This document shows, one piece after another, positions 29,201-44,200 of a stretch of 64,000 nucleotides of DNA; the first letter of the stretch is position 1, and each line of letters begins with the position of its first letter. The notes under the pieces were generated by a model. It did not search any database. It saw only the letters and a program-made list of their open reading frames with translations, and was not told the DNA's origin. The DNA is from Lytechinus pictus (taxonomy: Eukaryota), in contig NW_026974140.1 of the NCBI RefSeq assembly GCF_037042905.1, forward strand, positions 9,610,001 through 9,674,000, in the 5' to 3' direction. Position numbers and translations under genes: made by a program.

Positions 29201-32200
29201 CTTTTTAAGTCACATTATTATCATACTCCGATAGGAGCACACCGCAAAGCTCTGTAGGTCTATTTTCTGCGCAATTTCCAATGGAGATGATATAAATAAT
29301 GCAAAATGTAATTCTACCTCGGGAGGGATATGCCAAAAGACCTTGACAAAGCGATTGTTGAAGACTGCCTCTGTGGACTGGTAAGCTTTCTTGGCCTCTA
29401 AATGAGTTGAGAAGGTGACCAACGCTGCTTCTAAATCCTGAGCATATGCAATCTGAAAAATAGAAAGTGAAGTGTTGATTATTTACTTTAATTGTAGTAT
29501 TTAGCAATGTTAGAATGAGAACAACATCAATCAAAATTCAAAGATACTGCAAATGCAAAATGGCCATGAAACCTGGTTGATGTTTCATAAAGCTGTTTGT
29601 ACGTTACAAGCAACTTTATTAACAACTGGTGATCTTTACTTGTAGTAAATGTTACACACCAAATTTTAATTGATGTTGATTTGGCGCTCAAGAAGGGATC
29701 AAGAGTCGTTCATAAAGTTGCTTATAACTTTATACGACAGCGTTATGAAACATCCACTTGGATTCATATTCATAAGATATGGCAACATAATCTGAAACAT
29801 GGAATGCCAAGTTACTCACGACACATACCTGTAGATTAACAATATTGCCAAACTTGCTGAAGTGCTCGTTGAGCTTGGTGATATTGTTGCAGTCCTTGGG
29901 TATCTTGCGCACCTCCAGGATCCTGTTGTTTGGCACAAATCTTCCCTTCCCCTTCCCTCCAATCCTTGCCCTGAGATCAACTGCACCACCAAAACCGGTG
30001 CCAGGTCCGCCAGTACTCTGGTTGAAAGGCCTCTTCAGTGGATAACCCATGGCGCTGTCATCACTCTTCACCACAGCTCGTCTCTGCTCCTCTTGGACAC
30101 CATCATCTTTTTGGCCCATGGTGAGATCGATAACCTTCCTTTCACTTTGGCCTTCATCAGAGGAATCCTTGTTCGTCAGGGCGCCTATCTCTTCCAATTC
30201 TGTAAGGTTCAAAGGAGTGGTAGAAAGATGGGAGACAAGGGTATGTAATGGTCAAGTTCTCCCAATAAAATGTTGCTTTGGATAAAATGAACAATATCAA
30301 CAGACGTCATTCTGAAAATTTTCATCATAAAGCTAAGATATAGGATGTAAATTTGCATAGGAAAATTCATTTGAAGATGATGACCATTTACTTACCGACA
30401 ACTTTTAGCACTTTGCAAAGTCCCGGTATATTTAGTGTTATAGAAGTTCCCTTTATATATTTGCGGTCTCAAGTTTTGTATGGGCCGGCAACCAAAAACT
30501 TGAACAGCTCAAAATATGGTGTCAATGATACGCTGTAATCTTAAGAGACTGGGCTAGACAACTATGTTAGAACTCACGGTAGATGACATCTCCTTTGAAA
30601 TTGTGGGGTTTTTTTTATAATGAAGGAACATTGCTTTAACACTGGGTGACCCCATCCGCATTTAAACTTTTTGACCACGGATCATCAGTTTGCATCCACC
30701 TGTACTGACCGCACAGAAACGTTGTTAGAGCTAACAATGTGCTAACAGAGGCCCTGTTACAACTGGTAATGTGGCAGCGATGCCTAATGATACAACAATG
30801 CACTACTTACACAATGAAGTAAATAATTTGACTTCACAATCCAAAAGATGTGACTGAGCTTACTGTTAGTGCTTTGTTAGGCTAACAATGTTTCTGTGCA
30901 GTCGGCACTGGTCTACAAGCAGATGGTCTAATTCAATTCTCAGTTTTTCTGGAACCATGAAGGCAAAATCCACTTGGTCCACTAGCAATTTGGTCCAACC
31001 ACCACTTGGTCTAACTGTCCTTTTATGCCCAGATGGTCTAATTTCCATGTTGTCCGCCTATTATTCTGCACTTTCTCAAATGAAAACTTGGTTCACAAAC
31101 AGTTCTTCTAATCATATAGAATAAGTGGTGTAGGAAAAAGAGGATGTTAGCTGAAATGGGTAAAGCCACCCCCATAGTCAAGGACTAAACCGTATTTAAA
31201 ACCTTGGTGACTGACCACATTAACTAGAATTTATATGAAGTGGTAAACAAGCAATTTGGCGATCAGACCATAAGGTGAGTAGGAAAACTGGTTGTAGGAA
31301 CTACAGGTAGGATAAGACCATGTGGGATCAGACCATGTGGGATCAGACCAAATGGAAAGTAAACAAAGTGGTTTTACACCAAGCAGCCTTTTACCAACTC
31401 ACCTTCCCTCGTGGTTGTAGGGACCGTTTGGATGCCTACTAAGGTTCTTAGGTTTGATGAGGCCTGCCTTGGTGCTCGGTTGCCCCCAAAGTAATCTACC
31501 TGAGCCTCCATGCTAGGGTCTTCGGGGTTGTACCCTTCCATCTGGAAATCTGAGGGATGACAAAATGAAGGAGTTCAGTAACAAAACCAGGGGGTGTTTC
31601 ACAAAAACTTAACTTCGAGTCGCACTTAAATGTCAGCTGCGTGCAGTATATAACGCAACACCTCACTGGTCAGATCATGTGTACGGTACATGAACTATCG
31701 CTGATATCTAGCTATCAGATTACGCGTTAAATGAAATGTTAATGCACATTGGTGGTTAAGCAGGGCCCTGGGCAACCGAAAATGAGAGTCGGGCCACCAA
31801 AATCTGTAAAAGCCCACACTCCCAAAGGCTCCCAAAGTTTTGATAAATTGTTATGTTTTCTATAATTTTAGGGCCACCAAAAATATGAAATTGATGATTT
31901 TGATGGACTAATCGGGCCACCAAGAAAAAAAGTTGGTGTAGAGCCGTGGGTTAAGCATGACCCTGAGTCACACTTAACTTTTTGTGAACACCCCCCCATC
32001 CGGTGGGTGTTTCATAAAGCTGTTTGTAAGTTACAAATGACTATATGTTAGGCTGGTGGCCCTTTCTGGTGCTAAATGTAAATGACAGACCTGCCAACCT
32101 TCTACAAAAAAAAGTATTCTTAGAAGGAAAAAAAAGAGTATTTTTAAAAATTTGTCTCAACGGAACATTCACCAGCCTGTTGTAGTGAGATCGGTGAAAA

Positions 32201-35200
32201 AACATGTGAAATGACTCTACATGACAACTTGATAATTCATCATTTTAAACATGTGCTCGTTGGCAAAAATTTACTTGTTCTTTTTATGCAACAAGTTACT
32301 GGCCCGACAGTGATTTTTACCGGTCTGGGAATTTCAGACTGGCGCTAGTGCCGCGCGCTGTGTATAATACATACTCCATGATTGGAAATTTGAAAAAAAA
32401 AGTAACAAATCATATAAAAAAGTATTTGGTGTATTCATAGCAAAAAAGAGAAACAAATACTCTAAAAAAGGAAACGGTTAGCATGTCTGATATGATGTAT
32501 CCCTGTATAGCTGACAAAGTACATGACTACATGTTCAAGTCGAGCATAAAGTTTTACATAACTTTAAGAATGACTATATGCATGACCTTTGACCTTTTGT
32601 GCTACAGTACATGTATGTCTTATATCCCTGTGTAGCTGACTTAGTACCTAATAACATGTTCCAGACGTGTGTTAAAATACCCAACGGTAACATCATGAAA
32701 TTGGTTACATAAAAAGACCAATGATGCTAAATGTGATATACCATTTCCAATATCAAAATAGGTTAAATTCTGTTACAAAATCTATATCCACATTATTTGA
32801 ATACAGAAATAATAATTCAAATGAAACAACAATGTACCCTTGTTCTTGACAAGCCGACTGTGTGAAAAGCACAGACACAAGTTGATTTACAAGGGAGTAT
32901 ATGGTATTTAATCTAGCAGTCTATTGAACACAGAAGCACTCATAAAGTCAGAATGCCACTTTTGTGTTTGCTGCTGACACCTGCCCTAGTCATCAATTCC
33001 CAATATTCTTATGTATTTCTTTTTTTTACTGCTTTTCAATAGAATATGTTGGCGACTTTATTCTGATCATTAACAACAAGAAATTGAATATAAGATAGTA
33101 ACAGTAAAAATAATGATTAACTTCTGAATATTGGCTCTGAAAAACTCAATCTGCATTGAATTTGTACATTTGTAATTCATGTTTTCGAAAGTGTTGCATG
33201 ATGAAAATTCTCAAATATTAGGGATTAATTGTAAAAAATGCACCCCTCTCATCTGAGTATTAGGATCAATGCTCACCTTGAGAAGATGCATAATTCTTAG
33301 TTTCTGATGGTGGTGGAGGGGGACTGCATTCCCTAGGAGGTGAAGATGGAGGTTGAGGCACTGGAAGCAAGAGAAAAACACTCATATTTCAGACAAGTCA
33401 TTTGAGTGCATAATCATGAAGAAAACTATCGCTATGTTGGTTCTTGTTGTTGTTAAGATGAATCTTATCATGTTGCACTTTCACTGTAGTTTACAATAAC
33501 AAACAGTATTGCTCCTATTAAACTTTGCACCTCTAAACGTAAAGTTCTGAGGGAAGTTGGGAAAAATACTGATTTTAGAGTTATGATATAAAAGTTCTCT
33601 ACAGGAATTAGGAGACTGTTTTAAGAATATATGAGATTTCCACCACTGCCATCTTTATAAAATTACAGCTTTTTCTGAACTGCCCTCATTATTTTCCCCA
33701 TTTATTTATACAAGGTTTTAACAGCCCATTCATGATATGGTCTATTGCAACGGTAGATACAAATCACAGTTCTGTCACGTTACTTCAGCACTCTAAAAAT
33801 CATATGAAATGGGTAGATTCTGACAGTTATTGACTGACCTGGTGGTGGTATAGTAGCATCTGGTGCAGGAGGTAGAGGAGGAGGGGGTCTGTTCATCTGA
33901 AGAGGCATCGGGGGAAGAGGTGGTCCTCCAGTCGGGGGTGGTGGTATCCTCATGTGTGGGGGCAACCCTGGAGGGGGTCCAGGGGGCGGTCCGTTGGGCC
34001 TCAGTGGTCCATGCATCCTTCCAGGGGGAAGAAGAGGCACACCTCTTGGTGGGGGGGGCAAGGGTATCCCAGTAGTGGGTGGAAACCCAGGCGGGGGCAT
34101 GTTGAAGGGGGGTAGAAGGGGTGGAGGGGGCTGAGAAGGGGGTAACGGGGGTAGAGGAGGTTGTGGGGCAGGGGGTATTGAAGGCACTGGTGGTCGGGCA
34201 TCCATGTTTGGAGGCGGTCTGAACATGTCTATATCCTCCACGACTACAGGGTCGTTGCCATGATCGTATGGACAAAATTCTCCTTTCATGCAAAAACCCT
34301 TTTCTGTAGAATAAATATATATCAGAATGGGAAATTGTTACTCTATAATTACATAATGAAATCCACTTTTTCAATATAGTTGCTTTTATGTCTTCATGAC
34401 TTTACACTGTATTATGCAAATAAAACATAATAGAAAAAACAATCAACAATGACTTCCCATTTTTTATTGACACGGTTTGCAGACCAACATTTTTTACTAT
34501 TTCATTCTATACATTATTCTAGTCACATAATATACAAATTCTAGCAAAGTTACATACAAAATTTACTTGCATGAAACTAGATATAAAGCATTCGACTTTC
34601 AAAATCTGTTAAATTACAGATTACAATAAATTCCTAACTTCCATAAATCCCCTCCACTACGAAATCACTGCTAAAATCACTAACCATCATAATCTCTACA
34701 TCTCTGTCGTATCCTCTGAACAGGTTGTTCTCCCTGCTTGGATGAACCCTGCACAGGTTCAGGTCCATCGTTGGACACTACAGTGATGACGCTGCTGATT
34801 GCAGATGGTTTAGCGCTATTTTCTTTCAACCGATCATCGCGGTCTCGATCTAGGTCCCTGTCACGATTTCTTCCGCGATCATCATACCTGCCGGAGTCTG
34901 AAAGATTGGAAAAATCACAAAACTGGTAATTAACCAGTTATTTTCTTTGCGATTGATCGTTATAGCCTCACGCAAGGTCATTTTCCTTCACAATCACCAT
35001 ATGCAATGGAATGTAAAAGAATGGGAAAATCATGGGACTGGTAACCAACCAGTTATTTTCTTCGCGATCGGTCATTATTATGTTAACTTCAGTCATCCCA
35101 AATAAAATCTTACTTTTTGCAAAGATATATGAATCAAGCCATACAACGATTTCATTACAGACTACAATATCAATAATTCATGAATTCTTTACACCCAGCG

Positions 35201-38200
35201 AGAGCACAGTAAGGATTTGTTTACTAGTAATGTACATGGATGTATGTTGAATTTCTAAGATTACACAATAATATTTCGGTTGATCTTCCTACCTCTTCCA
35301 TCGCGCCCTCTCATACGATCTCTTTCCCGGTCTCTGTCTCGATCTCTGAAATCTCTATCCCTGTTACGCTCCCTATCCCTATCTCTATCCCTGTCTCCAT
35401 ACCGGCGAGGGCCGTAGCGATCCAACCGATCATCTCTCCTCCTTCGGTCATCATCTCTTCTCCTTCTCCTGCAATGACAACGAAGACGTCAAAGGCAAAG
35501 AGTGTAAGGATCAAGAAATAGATTTATTTATTTCCATTCAACAAAATAAACAAATATAATCAATGTAATAGTACATATATTCAATACAATGTAGACAGTT
35601 CAATAACGTTTTATAACAAATATGGAAGATAAGGAGGGACTTGCCAAGAAAGCAATGCTTGTATAAAAGGCAAGTCCCCAAACTTAGTTTCAATACTAAT
35701 TATCAAAGCTATATACAATAATGGAGATGGTAAAAACAAGTAATCTACAAAGACAAATCAAAATAAAGCAACTACAAAAAATAAGAGAAGACCCCGAGAC
35801 GCCAACGAGTGTGGACGCATGCAACCCAGCTGCTCCTCACCCGGCGCCAAGGTCTACAACCTGTAGAAGCATCGTAGCTGTTATATTATTATAGATCTAC
35901 CTGTTTTCTACCGTGTGGCATCATTAATGCAAGTGTCAGGTGAGTATAAGTTGTTGTCACTGTTTCATTCCGTGAGTAAGTACCGTAAGTAACGGTCTAT
36001 TAACCGCACCTTTTTCTCGGCGGGATAGAAGCAAAAGTCGGGGGTGCGGTTTATCCACGGTGACGGGTCTGAGCCCGCCCGCGTAACCCCTCCCGAACAT
36101 GTAAGACGTCTGCCAGTTCACAGCACATCGAGTGGCCGGGCGTAGCCGCCCAGGACAATGTCGTTTAGAGGGGTATGAGCCGCGGGTAATGGGAAGCGAT
36201 TATTACGATCTTAATCAAATATTGTCCATAACAAACGCACCCACCTTCATGACACTAATTTCGACTTTATTCTCGATTCATAGCAGCGAAGTTCCTTGGC
36301 TAAGTTCAAAGAGACGCCAAGCATTCTCGGTTATAATTTGTCATAGCTAGCTGACCGAGAGCCGATAGCTTGCGTTGTATTGTGGTTATAGTGCGACTCA
36401 AGCTGGCGCTATTCATTTTAACCCCTCTCCAAAGTCCCGTTTCGCGCCAGCTTATTTTTTCTTTCCTGTTTGCTTTTCATAAGATACCATGTACACCGTG
36501 CACCACGCACAAGAGAGACGGCACGAAGCCGTAAAACAACTGGAAAAAATGCAAATTTCTTTGTTTCTTGAACCTTCCGTAATCCCGTATCCAAAATTCA
36601 TGCTAAGACATCGAATGCTAGACAAATTCTGAAAGTGATTGTGAGGTTGTGATGCAAGAAATGTGATCACAATTTGATAAGATGTACTGGTAAGTGGTAC
36701 CGTATCGTAGTTTGCAATGTACAAAAACGGCAGTGCTGTGTGTGTGTACACTGTGACTGTGAGGTGAGTGAGTGTGTAAGTGGCCAATATTGTCGGGACC
36801 TTTCTTTCTTGCTAACATTTGTAGATTAATTGATCAAGAACAGCAGATTTCCACATATCGGTAATCTCTTTAATACTTTGAAATCTTTAACTTAGTTTTT
36901 GTTTCTTCGTACCTCAAATATGCATGTAAATGTGAGAAGGATTTTTTTTTTTTTTTTTTTTTTAAAGTCCAAAGTTGGGGGTGTGGTTAATACACGGGTG
37001 CGGTTTATAGTCCGTTACTTACGGTATCCATATTTAAACCACAACTTCTGACCAGGGTCTGTCCTCCATGACATACATGTTCTGTACATGCATTCTGCGA
37101 TAGATATTTAGCATGAAAAGAATATTTCATGAGTTTCTTCTTTCAAGTCCTGCACAACTATTAAAAGCAAAATTTTAATAGCAAATCTGGATAAATAGGG
37201 TTAAATTAAACCCAGGTTCACAATTTGTTTATTACAAGTACCTTGGGCTGTAACTTCTGCTCCTACTCCTGTTCTTGGGTGAGTGGCTCCTGGACTTGCT
37301 CCTTGAATGTGACCTGGAGTGTCTCCTGCTGCTCCGCCGATGATCCCTCTCATCATTCTCTACAGTCTGGAATGAAATGCAAACATGTTGTTTTTATTTT
37401 GATGTTATTGATGTTATGTTTGTCCCCCCCTCCCCCATCATAGCCTTTACTTTTAAGGGTTGTCTTACCATTTGGTTACAATGCACTGTATATTAAACAT
37501 TTTCACTATTTCACATGGTTGAATAAAACTTAAATTAATGTTGACATGGTGAAGTTGATAAATAAATAGTAAAACAGTATTTAATAAATATTCTTGAAAA
37601 TAGCACTATCGAGAAAGCTCACCAAGTGGATGTCATCTTTTTTTTTTTTTTTGAGGGGGAGGGGAGGGGGTGTTTGTTTCATTGTATACGCATACCTAAC
37701 TCACATCCAGAAACCCTAGAAAGTTACATCAATCATAAAACCCATGGATATTTCCCATTTTCTAATTTTTCCTTTTATGTTGATGAAAATATCAATATAA
37801 TATAAGGTTTCCATAGCTTTTTATGAAACACTTACTTAGCACTGGGCAAAAAATACAATAAGATCTTTGGTCCTCTTTAATCGTAATGATGACAAGAATG
37901 TTCAAACAAAAATCATATGGCAAGGTTTCCAAAAGGGACATAAATGCCGAGAATAGAAGGTAACAGTAATGCCTTTTTACAATTAGAAGGGATATGTGTG
38001 ATTATGAAAGATGAAGAGCCCATGGGGAGATGGGGGGGGGGGGGTGCAGCGGATTGTCACGCTCGTTGCTGTTGGTGGTATGGTACTTCCGCTGTTTGAG
38101 ATTTTGGGAAAATCCAGGGGCTCTTGCTCATGTACTTAACATACATGTATATTTGACTTCTTCAAGAAGGTTTAATCCAACAGCCCATTTCAGGAGCTAC

Positions 38201-41200
38201 CAATGGCCCTTTTCAGGGCCACCAAAGATTCAAGAAAGATAGCGTCCTATAGTATGGTAATAAATGACTACCACATAATAAAATAATTTATTAAAAATAA
38301 ATCAAATCCAATAGTAACATGTACATGTAAATAGAAACAAAAAACAAAGCAAATACATGTAGTTTATTTCTATAATTATTTTATTACAATTCATATGCAC
38401 ATACATACACTTGTACATACCCTTTCTTGTTATACAATACAATTGTTTAAAAAATCAAAATGGCTGCCAACCTGTCTATAGTGGCCACTTTCGCTGCTTC
38501 CCTTGAGTGTCCACTATAGACAGGTTTGACTGTAGTTATTACATCACTATATTTGCATGTATTCTGCCTTCTTCTCATTTAATGAAAATTGTATTGTGTT
38601 TCATGATTCCATAATAAAACACATGCGCATACACACAAATATATTGTTGTCTGCAGAATCAACTATTTTTCAAAACTTGCTCACCACATCTCTATTGGAG
38701 CTCCTTGACCGAACCTCTTCTTTGGTTGACGTTTCAACAACAACAGCACTGGTCGGTAAGTCGCCACCACCAGGAGCCGCTGCCGCAGGCTGTAATGGTG
38801 GATCTTGTTTGCCGCCCTCTACTGCTGTAATATTGGCACTTCCCCCTGGAATGTAAGACTTTGTGGCAAGAGCGACAAAAAGGTCATCTACGAAGGACTG
38901 GGTTTCTGCAAAAAAACAGCACAAAATGGATGTAAAATTGCATTGTCAGTAATTAATGGCACATTGAACATTCACTTTCACAGATGTGTACATGCAATAA
39001 CAAACACAATATCTTGACAAATATGGGGAATTTCAGCAGAAGGACAATCTAAGATTGGAATGAAATATAAAAACTCTTTAAAGGACCTGAGCCTCAACTC
39101 GAACAGTGTTTTATTTTGACCTGTAGAATAAAATCATACAAGTAGCTGCACAATCTTGGAGATAAAATTCTTGTATTCTTTACTTGATATTCAGTTACAA
39201 TTAAGTAATTACCTTACAGAAATTACATCCTTTACATGCACTGTAACTTTCTTCAAAATCATTACTTGAAAAGGTGGGTTGTGGTAGTAGCAGTTAGTTT
39301 GAAAAAATAAGAATGTACATTGTTGATGACTTGTATTGGCCAATGTTGTGGTTAAGAATGTAAAACTGCTGGTGCCATAACCTCATCTCAGACCTGCAAC
39401 AGCTGTACTTGCATGAAAAGTCCTGTAGGGTAATTACCTTTACTATACATGCAATGCAGATGTGATGTTCCATCTCTATATTTTCAGCCAATCTGATTTT
39501 TCTTTCAGTTCATGGGTGCAAAATCTTACACTTAAAGGTCAAGTCACCCCATAAAAAGGTTGATTTGTACCAATATAAAAAACAAGCATAAAGCTGAAAA
39601 TTTTATCAAAATCGGATGTAAAATAAGAAAGTTATGACATAAAGCTTCACTTATTTTTCACAAAACAATTATATGCACATAAAGTGAAATGCAAACAAGA
39701 TTCGATGATGTCCCTCACGATTTGTTTAATTTTTTATAACTAGTTTGAATTAAAGAATATTTTAAGTTTTACCCATTTGACAGCAAGGACCATCTTCACT
39801 GAAAATGTTAAAACAGTAATTCAACATGTTCAGGGAGGAATAAAACTTTGTTTCACAGGACAATGAGGAGAAAATTAGAATACTTCATATAATAAAATAC
39901 GGAAGAAATAGTCAGTGGACGACACCATCAATCCCTTCATTTGCATACTGACCAGAATTGGCATATAACTAGTAATTATAAATGGCAACAATGCTGGCTA
40001 TACTATCATGGAAGCTCTACTAGTAGTACATTGTGTAAAAAACATACCATTTACAAGAAAGACACCAAGCTGATCAATGCATGTAGCCCTCAGCTCATCT
40101 GCGCTTTTATCCTTCTTCGCCAACGCCACTACATACTTGGCTAAGGCATTAGGGTCCGCATCACAGCTGTTGGAGATAAAATATTACACATGTATGTGTT
40201 AAAATCATGACAATTATTGCACTGGTTCACATGATTAAACTGCTTTATCTTCCCTTTTTTTCCGCACAATCGTGTTCAAACTTCCCCTTAAAATGAAAAA
40301 TTGTACTGTTCCAAGTTTTAATCCCTAATGATGTTAACGTTATACACTAAGGCCCGTATTCTGAAGTCGGGTTTAACTTAAACTCAGGTTTAAAGTTATG
40401 GTTTAAGTATGGATAGCCAATTGTTATATAAATCACTAACGGTAGAGATTTCATATTTCAGCTCATTTGGCTCTCAAATCATTAATAATTGTCTAGGAAG
40501 TATAAATAGATGATTATCTTCACCATCGATGAATCAGGAAAGAGCACAGTAAAAATAAGAAACATACAACTTGAAAAAAATTTGAAACTTTTGGCTTCCC
40601 ATAATTTTAGCACAGAGTTAGACCATGGTCTAAGTTAAACCTGACTTCAGAATACAGGCCTAAGACTGCCTGGACGTATGGTTTTATCATGACTCCTGTT
40701 TGAAGTTTCCAGCCTGAAATGCACAAATGTTGGGCCCATCACAATCGCCAGACAGATCGTGGGAATCAACAACTTAGCTCAGTTGGTTAGAGCGCCTGTT
40801 TCGGATAAGACCATTCAAGATCGACGTTCAGGGGTTCAAGTCCCACTCATGCCGAGAGACATCTTACAAAAACTGATGCTAACATTGTATGTTATTGTGC
40901 CTCACCGGTGCACTCAGTGTACTCTGTCCAATGGAAAGGATGCAAGCATTGCTCACTGTATAGGAAAGTCACAACCTACTGTATATGCACTTTTACTAAA
41001 CCAATACACTGGGTGATTTCAAGTACGGTGTTGAAATCTGGTGTTGGTGTTGTGACAACACCAACACCAGCCACAACACTGTACTTGAAATCAGGCTGGT
41101 GTTGGGATCGACCTCGGAAAATATGACGTATTTCCGGCAGTTCGTGTCGAAGGCTGGTGTTGAATGTTGTCTACTGAACCCAGCACTGCGGCAGGTGTTG

Positions 41201-44200
41201 ACGATCTACGTGCAATTTCCCCATTCACCAACACAAAACCCCAGGGATTGGGAAAATCATGATCTCAAGTTCGGTGTTGGTGTTGGCAATCTTAAGCCTG
41301 TGAACAGGCCGCGAACACGATGAACAATCCCCCTAACATTAGCTTTTACAGTTAAAATCAGTACAAATTATTTGAGCTTCATATATTTTGATGAAGATGA
41401 GATTCACCCTTTCGAATTCTTGAATTAATTAAAGCATTGGTATTCTGTACGATGAGAATCTAATGCATTTCTCTCCAATTTCATTTTCTTTGTCGAGACT
41501 TCTCGCGTGAAGTTGAGATGATTTAGCAGCGCAGCGCAGAGGCATGACGTCATGTGCTTTCGATAACGCAATGGATATCGTTCCTCTGAACCCAGCTCAG
41601 TGTTGGAGTTCGGTTCAGCTGCCTTTTTATGCACTCAACACCAACACTGAACTTGAAATCACCCGATATCACTGCCAGTTCCCAGCAAACCTCAACAGGA
41701 CTTGAGGATATCTCATAATACACCAATAAGATGGTCTGTCATGTCTCTAACTATAAAATGAAGAAGTCAAGAAACATGCAGTATTTTGATAGTCCGGCCG
41801 AGCAAGAGCCTAATAATTGGCCCATTGTGCCACTGTTTGCACATAGATTTTGATGGAAAAATGCGCACTTTATGTGTGGAACCGTGACTGCAGTGTGACG
41901 AAGGATTCCCATGCTGATTTTCTACAGAGGCTGTAATACATCGCAAAATACAAAGAAAACCTGCAACTCTTCATAGCTTTCGAGTTATATTCCATTTAGA
42001 TCTACCCTGTTTTCCTCCAATATTAAACACATTCTAGATATTGAGGCACAGATAATAAAATTTCTTTGAATGATAAAAATTAATCTTTGCATAATAAAAA
42101 TCAAGATGAGTACATAGTTTTAGAATCCCTTCCAAAATACAGCGGTAATCTCAAGAGGTGTTTGGAAAATACAGTGGGATTTTCATTTTAGTGAGTCTGT
42201 GATATTTTGGTAAATGGTGGTGAGTTTTTTACCCGATTGCTATTTGCTAGGAAAGCATGAATACTTGTAATAATGTAAGCAAGAAACCAGAGAAACCATT
42301 CAAGCAAAAATTACATGTAGTTTTAGCACGCTTATATGCTCAAGTTATAAATGTACGTGCTCAGCATACATGTAGGTTGTAAAGCCAGAAAAGATAAGAA
42401 AAGGATAGAAACGTTTTCAGAATACCTATTTGAGATCGTTACGTAGATATTAACATATTTGAGATAAGAACCTTTTTAGAATACTGCCCCCAATTTTTTT
42501 CTTCTTCTTCAGATCAGGTAGTAGAGGCCACCATCTGGTGTATTGTCATATAAAACTCTAAGACGTAAATGTATTAAATGTGGAATTATTATTTTTAGTA
42601 CTTACAAGACTACAAGTTGTACAAATACGACAGGTTCTAATTTTTTTGCCCTTGTTAACTTTAATAAAAATCATGTAATCACGACATGTTAACCAGGACT
42701 TTGATTACCAGGCATTGATGACATCATCTTCTTTTTCTTCTCTAAAAGTACAGGCCACCATCTGGCATATTGTCGTACTGTTGTGCAGGTGCAATGTATG
42801 TACAGTGTCTCAAATGAGGGGTCTAAAATAAACTGCCAGTAGGCTACCCAGCAGGAAATATTTTCCAGGCCTTGCAAACATTATATTCCATTATATTTTG
42901 GGACATAAGATCAATACAAACAAATGCCAATAAGTAAGAGTAAACCTTGCATTTGCATTATCAAATGATGTTCTAATGCATACTTAGATCTAGGCCCCCC
43001 CAAAAAAACAATCCCTGTGTGAGTACAAAGTGATCAAATTATCATGCTTGTTAAAAAAAATGCATATTTCATGGACAGTCATTTCTCTACAAAAATTATT
43101 CAAATTTCTTTAAAATCTGAAATCATCATCATATGACCTGTAATCACCTTTTAATATAGATTTCTAAGATCAGTGGATCTATTCACAAAAATATTGACAA
43201 AATATTGGCAAATTTGTCAACATTTGCGCCCGTTCCGAAATAGATCTGAAAAAAACTTCTCAACAAGCATCAGGAAACCATCATTCGCAATCAGATATCG
43301 GAAAAAATGTGAGTAAAACGTGATAGTACGTATGTAGAATCTAGGCCTAGGCTGATAGTGATAGTACTTCTACTGAGTACTGACCGATAACATTTTGAAG
43401 TTCATCTTATATAAATATCTCACCTTTTGAGTTTGTCTTTTTGTTTATTAAATCTCCACAAAACTTTTGTCCGCGATGTTAGACGACACTTTTTCAGAAT
43501 GGTTTTCCAGCACAGCACGCACTCATTGAATTGATCAGAATAGCAGTCCTTCACGTTTATAATTTCGTGGAGCTCAATAAATCGCTCTCCTTATTTTATT
43601 GAGGAGCTCAATGGAGCTCCTCAGAATCGCTCTCCGTGAGGAGCTCAAATCAATTCAATGCAATACATGTATGATAAATTGTAGATTTTTCTTAACATTG
43701 TATATATGCAATAGCTGTGTTAGCTATTAATTAATCTGTGGTGAAACTAGGCCTGGGTCACGTCAATACGTTCACAAGATGTCGTATGCGCTACTGCTAA
43801 AAAAAAAAAAAAAAATGACAAAAAAAATTGAAAAAAAAATTGAAAAAAAAAATTGAAAAAATTACACATTTTACATCTTTAAATCCATGAAATGGCTTTC
43901 TTTTTTCCATAATTCCTTGAAATTACTTTGATTTAGTTGAAAACTATCAGAAAAATGAAGAATATTCACCTCTTTCCCGACTCTGATTTGAACTTACCTC
44001 GGTAAATATTGTAGTCCCACATGTAGACTTCCATGGTGTTGCCATGAAAATCTACATATGGGACTACATGGGACTGCAATATTTACCGAGTTTAAATTAA
44101 AATCAGAGTCGGGAAAGAGATGAATATTCTTCATTTTTCTGATAGTTTTCAACTAAATCAAAGTAATTTCAAGGAATTATGGAAAAAAGAAGACCATTTC

